A DNA stretch of 63,970 nucleotides, the filler included, from Octopus bimaculoides (Eukaryota): NCBI RefSeq assembly GCF_001194135.2. It is 7 parts of 7 records of this genome, joined end to end, with 100 filler letters (N's around TTAATTAATTAA, not from the genome) between each part and the next. Parts side by side here need not be neighbours in the genome. Positions count along the whole stretch, not along the records: positions 30,410 to 61,530 come from NC_068983.1; positions 61,631 to 63,970 come from NC_068997.1; 5 more parts are not named here. One strand, written 5' to 3'. The notes beneath the pieces are model-generated. The model did not search any database and was not told the origin of the DNA. It worked only from the letters and a program-made list of their open reading frames with translations. A program made the translations under genes and the position numbers. Shown piece by piece: positions 51,905 to 63,970 of this stretch (the first letter of the stretch is position 1; each line of letters begins with the position of its first letter).

Positions 51905-53515
51905 AGTTTGCTGCCCCTGTGAGCTCCTCTATGCTGATGACCCTGCACTAATTGCTGAGTCACTATCAGAACTAGAGGAGAGGTTTCAGGTGTAGAAGCA
52001 AGGATTAGAATCGAAGGGCCTTAGAGTCAACCTAGCTAACACCAAAGTCCTAATAAGTAGGAAGGTAGACAAACCACAAACCCCTTCAGGTAGATGGCCC
52101 TGCTCAATCTGTAGAAAAGGCATAGGTAGAAACTCTATAAGATATACCCAGTGTAAGCTATGGACACATAAGAGGTGCAGCAATATCAAAGGAAGGCTAA
52201 CTAGCAAGATAGTTTTTGTATGTGGCAGATGCTTAGGAGCAATAGACACTGAATATGTGCAGAGAANNNNNNNNNNNNNNNNNNNNNNNNNNNNNNNNNN
52301 NNNNNNNNNNNNNNNNNNNNNNNNNNNNNNNNNNNNNNNNNNNNNNNNNNNNNNNNNNNNNNNNNNNNNNNNNNNNNNNNNNNNNNNNNNNNNNNNNNNN
52401 NNNNNNNNNNNNNNNNNNNNNNNNNNNNNNNNNNNNNNNNNNNNNNNNNNNNNNNNNNNNNNNNNNNNNNNNNNNNNNNNNNNNNNNNNNNNNNNNNNNN
52501 NNNNNNNNNNNNNNNNNNNNNNNNNNNNNNNNNNNNNNNNNNNNNNNNNNNNNNNNNNNNNNNNNNNNNNNNNNGACCATACCAGCACAATCGTCTCTCT
52601 TGCACACCACAACTGATGCTTCTTAGGTCCAACTATTCTCGACAGAGTGTAAGTACCTTGAGAGAATAGTTGGACCTAAGAAGCATCAGTTGTGGTGTGC
52701 AAGAGAGACGATTGTGCTGGTATGGTCACGTGGCGAGAATGGATGAGGATAGATGTGTGAAAAAGTGTCACACCCGAGCAGTTGAGGGAACCTGTGGAAG
52801 AGGTTGACCCAGGAAGACCTGGGATGAGGTGGTGAAACACGACCTTTGAACATTAGGCCTCACAGTGGCAATTACTAGTGACTGAGACCTTTGGAAATAT
52901 GCTGTGTGTGAGAAGACCCGGCAAGCCAAGTGAGACCATAATCTGTGGCCTTTGTCAGAGTGTAGCCAGCCCACTTATTCATACCTTTACTTCATTGGAC
53001 ACTAAACTTTGCTTGCAAAGACCTGTTGGGGCAAGTGAAATCGAAATCGTAATTGAACCAAATTTGATGACTGGCACCCGTGCCAGTGGAGCGCTAACAG
53101 CACTGTCTGAGTGTGATCATTGCCAGAGCAGCTTTCTGGCTTCCGTGCCGGTGGCATGTAAACAGCACCATTTGAGCGTGATTGTTACCAGCGTTGCCTT
53201 ACTGGCACTTGTGCCGGTGGCACGTGAAGAAACATTTGAGTGCGGTCATTGCCAGTGCTGCAGGACTGGCTCCTGTGACACGTAAAAAACACCATTTGAG
53301 CGTGGCCATTGTCAGTACCTTCTGACTGGCCCTCGTGCAGGTGGCATGTAAAAGCACCCACTACACTCTCGGAGTGGTTGACGTTAGGAAGGGCATCCAG
53401 CTGTAGAAACTCTGCCAGATCAGATTGGAGCCTGGTGCAGCCATCTGGTTTGCCAGTCCTCAGTCAAACTGTCCAACCCATGCTAGCATGGAAAGTGGAC
53501 GTTAAACGATGATGA
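51905..53515 (+). mobile_element. 5'-truncated RTE LINE (YADD, PHD-like finger, 3' UTR, tail), antisense in a TAB1 intron
   Basis: LYADD at about 51927-51941, followed by GLRVNLANTK. In-frame stops and a gap at 52267-52574. Tail ggacgttaaacgatgatgat. Confidence 0.9.
52575..52727. repeat. Perfect 66-bp foldback of RTE sequence at a gap edge
   Basis: 52575-52640 is the exact reverse complement of 52662-52727. Confidence 0.9.
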
Positions 53516-53759
53516 TTTATATAATTCTTCTTCCTTTGTATGGTACTGAACAAGTTTAAAAATCATCTAGATATTAAATAAATGTCCATCTTTCCAATCC
53601 TCACAGCCTCATCAACCACCAAATAAAACATTGCTCCAGAATACATTAAATTATACTGCACCATCTCAGTGTCACAAGCCTTGACCACCAAGATAAAGCA
53701 ATGCATTCTAGAGCCATTTATTAGTATACATATGAACAAATACATAAATATATATATAC

Positions 53760-54070
53760 AGGCATGAGTGTATGGTAAGTAGCTTGCTTCCCAGCCACAT
53801 GGTTTCAGGTTCAGTCTTACTGTGTGCTACTATAGCCTCAGGCTAACCAAAGCCTTGTGAGTGGATTTAGTAGATGAAAATGAAAGAAGCCCATTGTGTG
53901 TGTGTGTGTGTGCATGTTACTGTCTGCTCGCCTTGACTGCATATGGAAGTTGTAAATGAAAACCACTGATGTGTAAGCAGTCTCTTTCGTTCCCAATCTT
54001 CCATGAAACACATCTGGTCATGGGGAATATTACCTTACTTGGAAACCGGCTACGGTTGGTAACAGGAATA
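53760..54070 (+). mobile_element. SINE subfamily with B-type head (same body as 1376-1758)
   Basis: Shared gttgtaaatga...gggaa(a)tatt...cttggaaac...gacaggaa segments. Confidence 0.6.
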
Positions 54071-54084
54071 GCTTATGGGAATCC

Positions 54085-55330
54085 ATCTTGAATCACTACC
54101 AGAACTAGAGAAGAAGTTTTATGAATCATTACCAGAACTAGAGAAGAGGTTTTAGGTGTGGAAGCAAGGTCTAGAATCAAAGGGCCTTAGAGTTAACCAA
54201 ACAAAACCTAAGTCTTAGTAAGTAGGGAAGCAGATAAATCACAATTCAGGTAGATGGCCCTGCTTGATTTGTAGAAAAGGCATGGGTAGAAACTCCATAA
54301 GATGTATCCAGTGTAAGCTATGGACACATAAGAGGTGCAGCAATATCAGAGGAAGGTTAACAAGGAAAATAGTTTTTGTGTGTGGAAGTTGCAAAGGTAC
54401 AATTAACACTAAAAACGTACAGAAAATAAATTCCATCACATGCCAGTGGGGAAAACTAAAAGTAGTCGGTAGTTTATGTTACCTAGGTGACCAAGACAGT
54501 AGTGGGGGTGGATGCTCTGAGAGTATAGCTGCTAGAATACAAATAGGCTGGGCAAAGTTCAGAGAGCTCCTACCTCTGCTGGTAACAAAGGGTTTCTCAC
54601 GCAGAGTGAAAGGAAGACTGTATGATACCTGTTTGCGAACAGCCATGCTACACGGCTGCGAAATATGGGCAATGACTGCCGAGGACATGAGTAGGCTTGT
54701 AAGAAATGAAGCTAGTATGCTTCGCTGGATGTGTAATGTCAGTGTGCATGCACAACAAAGTGTAAACAGCTTGAGAGAAAAGTGGGGCATGAGAGGTGGT
54801 GTGCAAGAGATGACTGCTGATATGGTCATGTGATGTGTATGGACGAAGACAGCTGTGTGAAGAAGTGTCGCACTCTAATGGTGGAGGGAACCTGTGGAAG
54901 AGATAGACACAAGAAGACATGGGGAGAGGTGGTGAAGTACAATCTCTGAATGTTAGGCTTCACAGAGGCAATGACAAGCAGCCAAGACCTTTGGTGATAT
55001 GCTGTGCTTGAGATGACCCTTCAAGCCAACTGAGATCATAGTTGTGGCTGATGCCAGTGTCGTGTAACTGGCTCGTTAAAAGCACCCTTCAAATGTTGGG
55101 TGATATGTTGTGCTTGTGAAGACTTGTCGAGTTGAGTGAAATCATAGTCTTGGCTAATGCTAGTGCTGTCTAACTGGCGACTGCTGGTGACACATAAAAA
55201 GCACAATTTGAGTGTTGGGCCTCATGGAGGCAGTGACAGGCGACCAAGACCATCGGCGAAATACTGTGCTGTGTAGACCTGTCAAGCCAAGTGAGATTGT
55301 AGTCATGGCCGATGTCAGTGTCCTGCTTTG
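54085..55330 (+). mobile_element. Second 5'-truncated RTE LINE in the same TAB1 intron
   Basis: ORF 54264-54833 (C4HC3 finger, YLGD, WAKFRELLPLL, RNEASMLRWMC). 33-bp tandem duplication at the 5' edge. Confidence 0.9.
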
Positions 55331-55738
55331 AATTTTATTTTCCTGTTTGCATCACCAAACCTCTCACTCTCTGCACATACCAATCTGAAACCTTTGGTTC
55401 CATAGTCATTCCAGGTTTCTGATTCTTCCAAAACAGGCATGGTTAACTCCAAATTAAATAGTTCTTAAATTTACTTAAATTAAATACAGGTACCTGTACA
55501 TTAGTATAAATAATACTAGTTTATTAATACTATATTGTGCAAAAGTACTAGTCTGTACAAGATGGCAATAAACTAGCCTGGCAGCTTCTGGAATTAGGTG
55601 TTCTTGCTTGTAAATCAGTGCTGATTAGAAGAGGTTCCAGACCATTAGTGCCCAGAAAGTTGGTGTTGTACCTACAGACACACACACACACACACACACA
55701 CACAATCATTTACAGTATATTTGAAATAATATACTCAC

Positions 55739-55892
55739 CTGTTGTAATATAGATTTAATTTCTTCATCTGTTTTAGGGCCTGACAACTGTCCCAGAAGCA
55801 AATCAGCAGGAATTCGCTGAGCCACAAAATTCGACAACTTACTTCCATCATGACCATCAAAAACTCCATATAATGAACAGCCATCGTCTGAG
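55739..55892 (-). CDS. TAB1: TAB1 coding exon (most 5' visible): SDDGCSLYGVFDGHDGSKLSNFVAQRIPADLLLGQLSGPKTDEEIKSILQQ
   Basis: ttcAG and GTGAGT flanks on minus, 154 bp. Matches TAB1 LYGVFNGYDG...NFVAQRLSAELLLGQL. Confidence 0.95.
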
Positions 55893-56589
55893 CTGAATTA
55901 ATAAAAAATAATCATATATACAAAAATATTACAACCTTTTCAGTTGCTGAACTATTAATTTCATTTCTGTATTTATAAAAATACATTTTTAAGTCTGTTA
56001 AAAGTCTTGGCAATGGTGATGTGTTCGTGGCAGATGTAAATTCTCAATGCTTCAATCCCCCTCACTCTAAATAGTTATCAGTGGCAGACTGTAAATATTA
56101 ACAGTTTTGCTGGCTAGTAGTGCAGAGTTCAACTCCTGCCATAGTTTAGGCCAGGTGATGGGGCCTGTTCATTGATGGATAATATCTGAGTCCGAAAAGC
56201 CTAGCAAATGACTCAATCACTTGAAGTAGAAAAATAGCGTCTCCATATTATCTATGAAGTCATTCTTGTATGAATTATTAGAATCATAGCAAAGTAAGAA
56301 AAGCATTTAAACAATTAATTACAACAAATAATATTAAAAAATTTCCAATCCTGACTTCAAGACAAGCTAAAAAATGCATATGCATCAACACATAAAGGAC
56401 TAGAATATGGGAAAAACTAGAAGATGAAATTCTGCAAAAAGCAATATCAAGTAGCAAGAAGTTAAATGTCAAGTATTCTTAGTAAAGAAAGAAATCAAAA
56501 GAAGTGTGGTCAATGTTCTAAGATATGAGGATCAGAGAGAGGAGGTATTCCAATTTGCAAGATAATGTGTGAGAAAAAGAAGAAAAAAA

Positions 56590-56850
56590 AAATATCAAGA
56601 AGTAGTCGAGGTGAGAAGTGTGTATGAAATGATAACTATGTACTTGCTCTTATTGATGATATTGACAAGAAAGATACATGGAAGTGTTTTTGCAAGAAGT
56701 TGTTAAATCAGCAAAATACATGGAAGAAAGAAGACTTCTCAAGGTAAGTCTAACATAGACACCAACAATTCAAGTTGACAGCAGTATGGTAGATACATTG
56801 ATTAAAGATAGGGAGAAAAGGCACCTGGTCCATCGGAAATTACTGTTGAG
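56590..56850 (+). mobile_element. Degraded RTE linker/RT N-terminal fragment
   Basis: aaggcacctggtccatcggaaattactg is a decayed KAPGPSGIT motif. Confidence 0.55.
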
Positions 56851-57405
56851 AACCTGTTGTCAAACAAAGGTGGTTTGAAATCCACGTGTCTTTGGAAGAA
56901 TTTCGAGGTGTTGGAGTTTGAGCTTGTCCCAGGTGGTGATGATGTGAATGTTAACCTTTATGCTCAAAAACTGCAATGAGTATTTGATACTTTGAAAGCC
57001 TGCTACCAGGCATTGGTTAATCAAAGATGTGCACTCTTACAACATAGCAATGCCCCAGCACACACTGCCAAAATGACCAAGTACAAGCGTGAGGAACTTG
57101 AGGGGCTGGAAGTGCTACAGTCCAAACCTTGCACAATCAAATTACCACCTTTTTCAAGCGATGATTCATTTCTTGCATGGACGGAAGTTCAGTTATGTGG
57201 TTGAGGTTGAAAATGGGTGCAGGGAGTTTTTTTGCCACTAAACCAGCTAAATGGTGTAAGAGTGGAATTGAGATTCTGGCACAATGATGACAACAGACAA
57301 AATACGATGGGATATATTTTGATGAATAAACACTTTTTGTATGTAATTTGTGTGAACTATTAAGTAAAGCTTGAAATATGAAAAAAAAAAACTTGTGACT
57401 CAACC

Positions 57406-57410
<5 letters not shown>
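56850..57410 (+). pseudogene. Mariner transposase remnant with right TIR
   Basis: LLQHSNAPAHTA (HDNA decayed), SPNLAQSNYHLF (SPDLAPSDYHLF decayed), ...DGIYFDE*. TIR-like aacttgtgactcaacctaaca. Confidence 0.85.
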
Positions 57411-57444
<34 letters not shown>

Positions 57445-57819
57445 CATGGCTGATTGCAAGATGCTGAGGCTCACGGAAGAGATGACAAAGAGATAATCGG
57501 TGATTTGCTGTATCTGAGAAGGCCCATCCACCACAACAAAATTGATGCCCTGAAAGTATTCTGGTTAAGTTCATCCCTCACTCCGCCATGTCAAGCATCC
57601 CATCTCATTCTTCTGATACCAAACCCTCCAACACTCTCCCTCCACTCTTACCTTGAAAGTTTACTCCAGCACTTCATCACTACCACCTTTATCTCCTTCC
57701 CATCCACTCCTATATAATGTGTGGTAGCTGTGTACGCCCTCAATAGTAGAAGCATTTTTTTTCTTTCTTCCTCCCTGTTGTTTTTCTGTCTTGCAAATTA
57801 GTTGTCAACCTCACTAGTG

Positions 57820-58330
57820 CTTGTGGCATGAAAAAAAAAACCCCTAATACTCACTGTGAAGTTGTTGCTGTTAGGAAGGCCATGTCAAAGGTAACGTTGA
57901 AGTTCAGTGCATTCATGTGGCTTCTCACACCCTGCAAGACTGTCCAACTCATGCCAGCATGAAAACAAACATTAAATGAGGACGATATCATCATCATCAT
58001 CATTTAATGTCTGCCTTCCATGCTAGCATGGGTGAGTGGGTATAGGTAGGTAGATAGATAGAGATCATCATCATCATTGTTTAATGTCCACCTTCCATGC
58101 TGGCATAGGTTGGATGATTTGGCACAGTTTTTATGGCTGGATGCCCTTCCTAACACCAACCACCCTACACAGTGGGCTGAGTGCTTTTTATGTGGTACCA
58201 ACACAGGCGAGGTCAGTTTTGGCATGGTTTTTATAGCTGGATGCTCTTCCAAATGCCAACCATTTTACAGTATGGACTGAATGCTTTTTATGTGGCACTA
58301 GCACTGGCAAGGTCACCAAGTAATTTGCAA
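57820..58330. mobile_element. Cluster of RTE tails in both orientations
   Basis: Plus tail ending ccagcatgaaaacaaacattaaatg, then two minus tails starting catcatcat...ttaatgtc. Confidence 0.65.
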
Positions 58331-59569
58331 GACAACCTTTGAAATAGGAGGAGGCACTGGAGGATTTTGGCGTTCCAAAGTTTTAAGGAATGTAGAACGA
58401 CCTCTTAGCTACTATTGTTCCCAGGTCTTCTCTGATGCAGTATAGTAGCAGCTGTCATGGTCCTAGATATGGGTTAATTAGTATATTAAGACTGGATCTG
58501 GTGGACTTTGCAGAAGAAACCTTTATGGTTCAATGAAGGGGACAGTGGCTGCAACAGTGCACTGTGGAGTGCAGAGAGCAAGCTGAGGCAAGTAAAACAT
58601 ATTGGTCATCCACAGCATTTGTTTCCATTCTCAGTTGCTTTGGCCTGGTCTTGCCACTGAATGAAGATGGCCACAAATGTGAGAGTGAGGTTGACAATGT
58701 GCAACTCTTCTTTGCTTTAAACCATCACCACACAAACAAGCCATCAATTATCCAAGGATAACTAGATGGTTCTCATCACTCCAACAGACACACACACACA
58801 CTATATATAGTCAAGAGATGAGATCCAGAGATTCTCAGTATAGAAGACAATAGTGCTCAAATGATTCAAACTTAGACTCTGATGTCTTTATAGGGGATCA
58901 ATTCTGCAGGGTAAAGAATGGCTGTAAGAAGGATCAAGTTGAGCAGATAATTGCCCCCCNNNNNNNNNNNNNNNNNNNNNNNNNNNNNNNNNNNNNNNNN
59001 NNNNNNNNNNNNNNNNNNNNNNNNNNNNNNNNNNNNNNNNNNNNNNNNNNNNNNNNNNNNNNNNNNNNNNNNNNNNNNNNNNNNNNNNNNNNNNNNNNNN
59101 NNNNNNNNNNNNNNNNNNNNNNNNNNNNNNNNNNNNNNNNNNNNNNNNNNNNNNNNNNNNNNNNNNNNNNNNNNNNNNNNNNNNNNNNNNNTGGATAATT
59201 CTTTATTAGCGCTTTTGTTCGTTTAACCAAATTCTTCAAGAAAAAATTAAACCAAAATAATAAAAATGTTTCTATTTTTTATATGAATCGAAGAGCGGAT
59301 GTTTTGTTTTGTTTAGAAGAGGAAGAAATTTTGCTTTTTGGAGAAAGGGACAAAGAGAAGACGATAGGGAACAGGACAATCGAGAAAGAGAAAGATGTGT
59401 ATGTATATATACATATATATATATATATTGATAGAAAGGACAACAAAAGAAAGAAAGAGACCTTGATATTATGTAAATAGAGGAATTTATCTGTAAAAAT
59501 ATGTGACACTTATTTGGTAGCCATGATAAAACTCCGAGTCTAGACAGGAATTTTCAATGGCCGGATAAC

Positions 59570-59865
59570 TGAAGAGATGGCTACATTACACAAGGGTAGT
59601 CTTAGCTTAATTATCCTATTATACATGCTGACAACCTCAATTATTTTACCTATTTCTCTGCCACAAGCATACCTACACCACTCACCAAGAAGAATTTGTA
59701 TCTACTCCTTGCCCATGAGCAATCTAGTTGAGGCTCTCCTCCACTGCACCTCTTGCATACAGCACACGTCTACATGTTTCTGCTCTAGTATTTCAACAGT
59801 TTCACAAGACCTACCTTTCATTGTGCCAACATTGATTGAGGTAGCTCTAAAGTTTATGGACTTGG
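59570..59865 (-). mobile_element. LINE APE endonuclease N-terminal fragment
   Basis: Minus translation LRATSINVGTMKGRSCETVEILEQKHVDVCCMQEVQWRG (NV.T and QE.xW motifs). Confidence 0.8.
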
Positions 59866-61630
59866 GAAGAATGAAAAAGTTTGGTTTCTTTTTGGACAGA
59901 CCTCATATGTACATATATATATATGCATTCAGTAGAAGCAGCCATATGGACCTGATATTAGGTCTGGGTTATCTTCATTCTGTTTATTTCTCACCAAAAC
60001 ATGCACAAATTTAATGTGATATAACCTGTTTATTTTATAGCACTATGTTTCTGAACTTCCATTAATTCTAATTTATGTAATTCTTTTACTTGATTTGTTA
60101 GCTTTTAGTGATACAGGTTAATTTTGGGGGTTGTTATTTTAAAGGAATTACAGGAATAACAACAGAAAATTTACTAAAAGGGGAACTCAATACTAAAATT
60201 AGAGTTAATTTCATTATAAAATAGTTTTGATAGTGATTTCAAGTTTCACCTGACAGTCCATTCAACATATTTTTTTTCATTTGAAATATGCCCTCAAACA
60301 CTACACAGATGTTTTAAATCATTAAAAAAACAAAAAATCTGATTTGCTGACAAGTTGATAGGAAAGTAAATTGTAACAAGTATAGTTTAGATTAATAAAC
60401 AAGTATGCAAGCAATGCTAGATACTTGTTTAGTAAATATTTAATATATTTCAGATTGAAAAATTTCTTTTATCAGCATAAGAAGCATATTTTATATTCTA
60501 TGGGATACCAGCTTTTTTTGTAGAGACATTCTCATTGGATCTCATTGCCCAGGTGAATCATACAATACCTGTACATAATAAAGTTTGAATAAATGACCAA
60601 TTGGGTATTTTCACAACTTAATCTCAAAGTAATTTTGTTTGGAAATTATTATTGAGCAGTCAGAGATTTTTTGCTTAAAATACAATGTTGTTTGTGTCTT
60701 TATGTGTGCTCTCTAATCAGGGGCCATGGAACAACTATACATTCTGAGCAAACTGAGTAAATTCATTCTCTGGGTCATTTCATTTATGTTTCTGATATGC
60801 TTATAAAACACATGAAACAACCTCATTCATTTCGTTTTTCTATGATACACCATTGACTACCACTCACATGGTACCATTTTCTTTACACCACCATGTGCTA
60901 GCCTAGATAAATGATAGTGTGAATATAGGATTTTGTTTATTTTTATATGTCAGCAGGAGTTAGATGAATATATCATTGAGGCATTGTTTTAAAGACAGAT
61001 GCTCTTCCTGTTGCTAACTTTTACTTATCTTTTTTTTTTGCAAGTAAGGGATTTCATTCCAAACACCTTCAAAGACACAAAGTTAGCCATTATTTGTTGA
61101 CAGGAAAATAACTTCATTATTTGTAGTTCAGTGATTTTCAGAGATGCATAACTGTAATCAAACATATACAAGCACTCATCATCATTTTATGTCTGTATTC
61201 TCAGCAGGCATGGGTTGGACAGTTTGATAGGAGCCAATGAGCCAGAAGACTGTGCCAAACTCCAATGTCTACTTAGGTACGGTTTCTATGACTGGATGCC
61301 CTCCCTAATGCCAACCAGTTCACAGAGTGTACTGGGTGTTTTTTTATGTGGCACTAGCACTAGTGAGGTCACCAAGTAATTTGCAAGACAAAACTCAGCT
61401 GAGGAGGGATGTTGCATTGAGAAAAGTGGCTTTATGCTAGGTGATGGAAGGTATGACAGAAATAACTGTTTTGCAGTAAAGGAGTGGTTACTCCACTTGA
61501 AAAGGATGATTACACACACACACACACACANNNNNNNNNNNNNNNNNNNNNNNNNNNNNNNNNNNNNNNNNNNNTTAATTAATTAANNNNNNNNNNNNNN
61601 NNNNNNNNNNNNNNNNNNNNNNNNNNNNNN

Positions 61631-61671
<41 letters not shown>

Positions 61672-61935
61672 CCGCTAAGTTACGGGGACGTAAACACACT
61701 AGCATCGGTTGTCAAGCGATGTTGGCGGGACAAACACAGCCACACAAACATATACACACATACATATACATATATATACATATACGACGGGCATCTTCCA
61801 GTTTCCGTCTACCAAATCCACTCACAAGGCTTTGGTCGGCCCGAGGCTATAGTAGAAGACACTTGCCCAAGGTGCTACGCAGTGGGACTGAACCCGGAAC
61901 CATGTGGTTGGTAAACCAACTACTTACCACACAGT
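61631..61935 (-). mobile_element. SINE family B, 5' two-thirds
   Basis: Reverse complement of 508-780. Confidence 0.85.
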
Positions 61936-62350
61936 CACTCCTGCGTCATATATATATATGTACATATGATACATACACATATATGTATGTGCACAAGTAT
62001 ATGCATAAACATTTGTGCAAATGTATACACATATATGTGTGTGTCTATATCTAAATATCTAAATAGCACACGCATTCACACATACATACACACATACGCG
62101 CGCACACAAACTATATATATATATGAATGTATATATGTATATATACACAACTACACACACATATATATATACACACACATATATATATGAATGTATATAT
62201 GTATATATACACAACTACATATATATATATACACACACAAACATTCACACACACATATACATATATACATACATATACATACATCTATTTATGTATCTAT
62301 GTAATGGGTGTGTGTTTGCGCTCGTTTCTTTCTGAGAGAGGTGTGTGTAG

Positions 62351-62435
<85 letters not shown>

Positions 62436-62663
62436 GTAGTGATAGTTTGTCTTGTGTTATTTCAGCTCATGTCAGGATCTGAAGGGGGGAAGAAGACGTA
62501 ATGAATTTAGCTCCGTTGACCTTTTATACGCCCCAAAACTGGATCATTCTTTTGAAGATAGCGAATATCATTGTTTTAGCATAAATCAGCTTTCCTTCTG
62601 TGGAAACGGTCATTTCATATTAGCCAGACTGACACGACTTTTTAGATAAGTAGCTCTCATGAG

Positions 62664-63315
<652 letters not shown>

Positions 63316-63454
63316 AGCGCCACTCATGTTGCTGCTTGCGTTTGTGTGCATGTATATATCTGGGTATATATCTGGGTATTTCACAAGTGTGTGGATATAT
63401 ACCAGTCCACATATGAATAAATATGTATATATATGTGTGTGTGTGTGTGTGTGC

Positions 63455-63497
<43 letters not shown>

Positions 63498-63970
63498 CAT
63501 GTATACATTTGTATGTAAAAGTATGCATATGTGTGTGTGTATATATGTATGTATATATGCACATATATTGGATATATGCATATATATACATACATGGTGG
63601 TGCTCCAGTATGACCGCAGCCGCATGGCTGAATGTGTGTGTGTAACCATTCTCAGCCAGTCGGTCTGAACGCAAACTCATATCGAACAGAGCACATTCTC
63701 CCCATAAAAACAAGTGATCTTTAGGACAATGTCCAGTTTGCAGCACCGCTGAACACAACGTACACTTTTGAAAATCAGCTAAAGTGAAACCGGTTATGTG
63801 TATATTTGTGTGCGCGTGCGTGTGAGTGCGTATACACCCATATAACCACCCCCACACACATGAGCAAATACAGATATATTAAAATTTAGATAAACCTTTA
63901 GATATTCTCCGTGGATTTTCAACTTTTACTTCTGTGCAACTACTTGTTTGGATATTATATATATATATAT

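Noticed and set aside
53071-53360. Regular ~65-nt repeats as a CRISPR array
   Set aside because: The units are whole degenerate repeats without unique spacers, lie in a LINE 3' UTR of a eukaryote, and have no cas genes nearby.
60454-60570. Candidate TAB1 upstream exon
   Set aside because: The AG/GT-bounded candidates on both strands have stops in every frame and no TAB1 similarity.
62452-62649. DHSFEDS as the missing TAB1 N-terminal exon
   Set aside because: Wrong strand, beyond an artificial join, and lacking the conserved WTDDLP segment.

Overview
AT-rich, intron-rich, repeat-dense animal genomic DNA. The repeat families and microsatellite load suggest a coleoid cephalopod (Octopus-like); this is inference. 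Six artificial 100-bp joins (44 N + TTAATTAATTAA + 44 N) split the window into at least seven pieces, so long-range adjacency is not guaranteed. Two conserved genes are recognisable from spliced exons. One is the last four coding exons of MED14 (+, 15827-20385). The other is five coding exons of TAB1 (-, 55892-42730; N-terminal exons not found). A third candidate is an unrecognised two-exon minus-strand ORF of 76 aa with a Cys cluster (27533-24732). The rest is several SINE families, RTE-clade LINE fragments whose ORF2 carries a PHD-type C4HC3 finger, Penelope-like elements (one with a minimal hammerhead motif), mariner remnants, TTAA-flanked MITEs, long hairpins and microsatellites. Almost all ORFs in the supplied track are artefacts of N-gaps or simple repeats. 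No CRISPR array, rRNA gene or true tRNA gene was seen.
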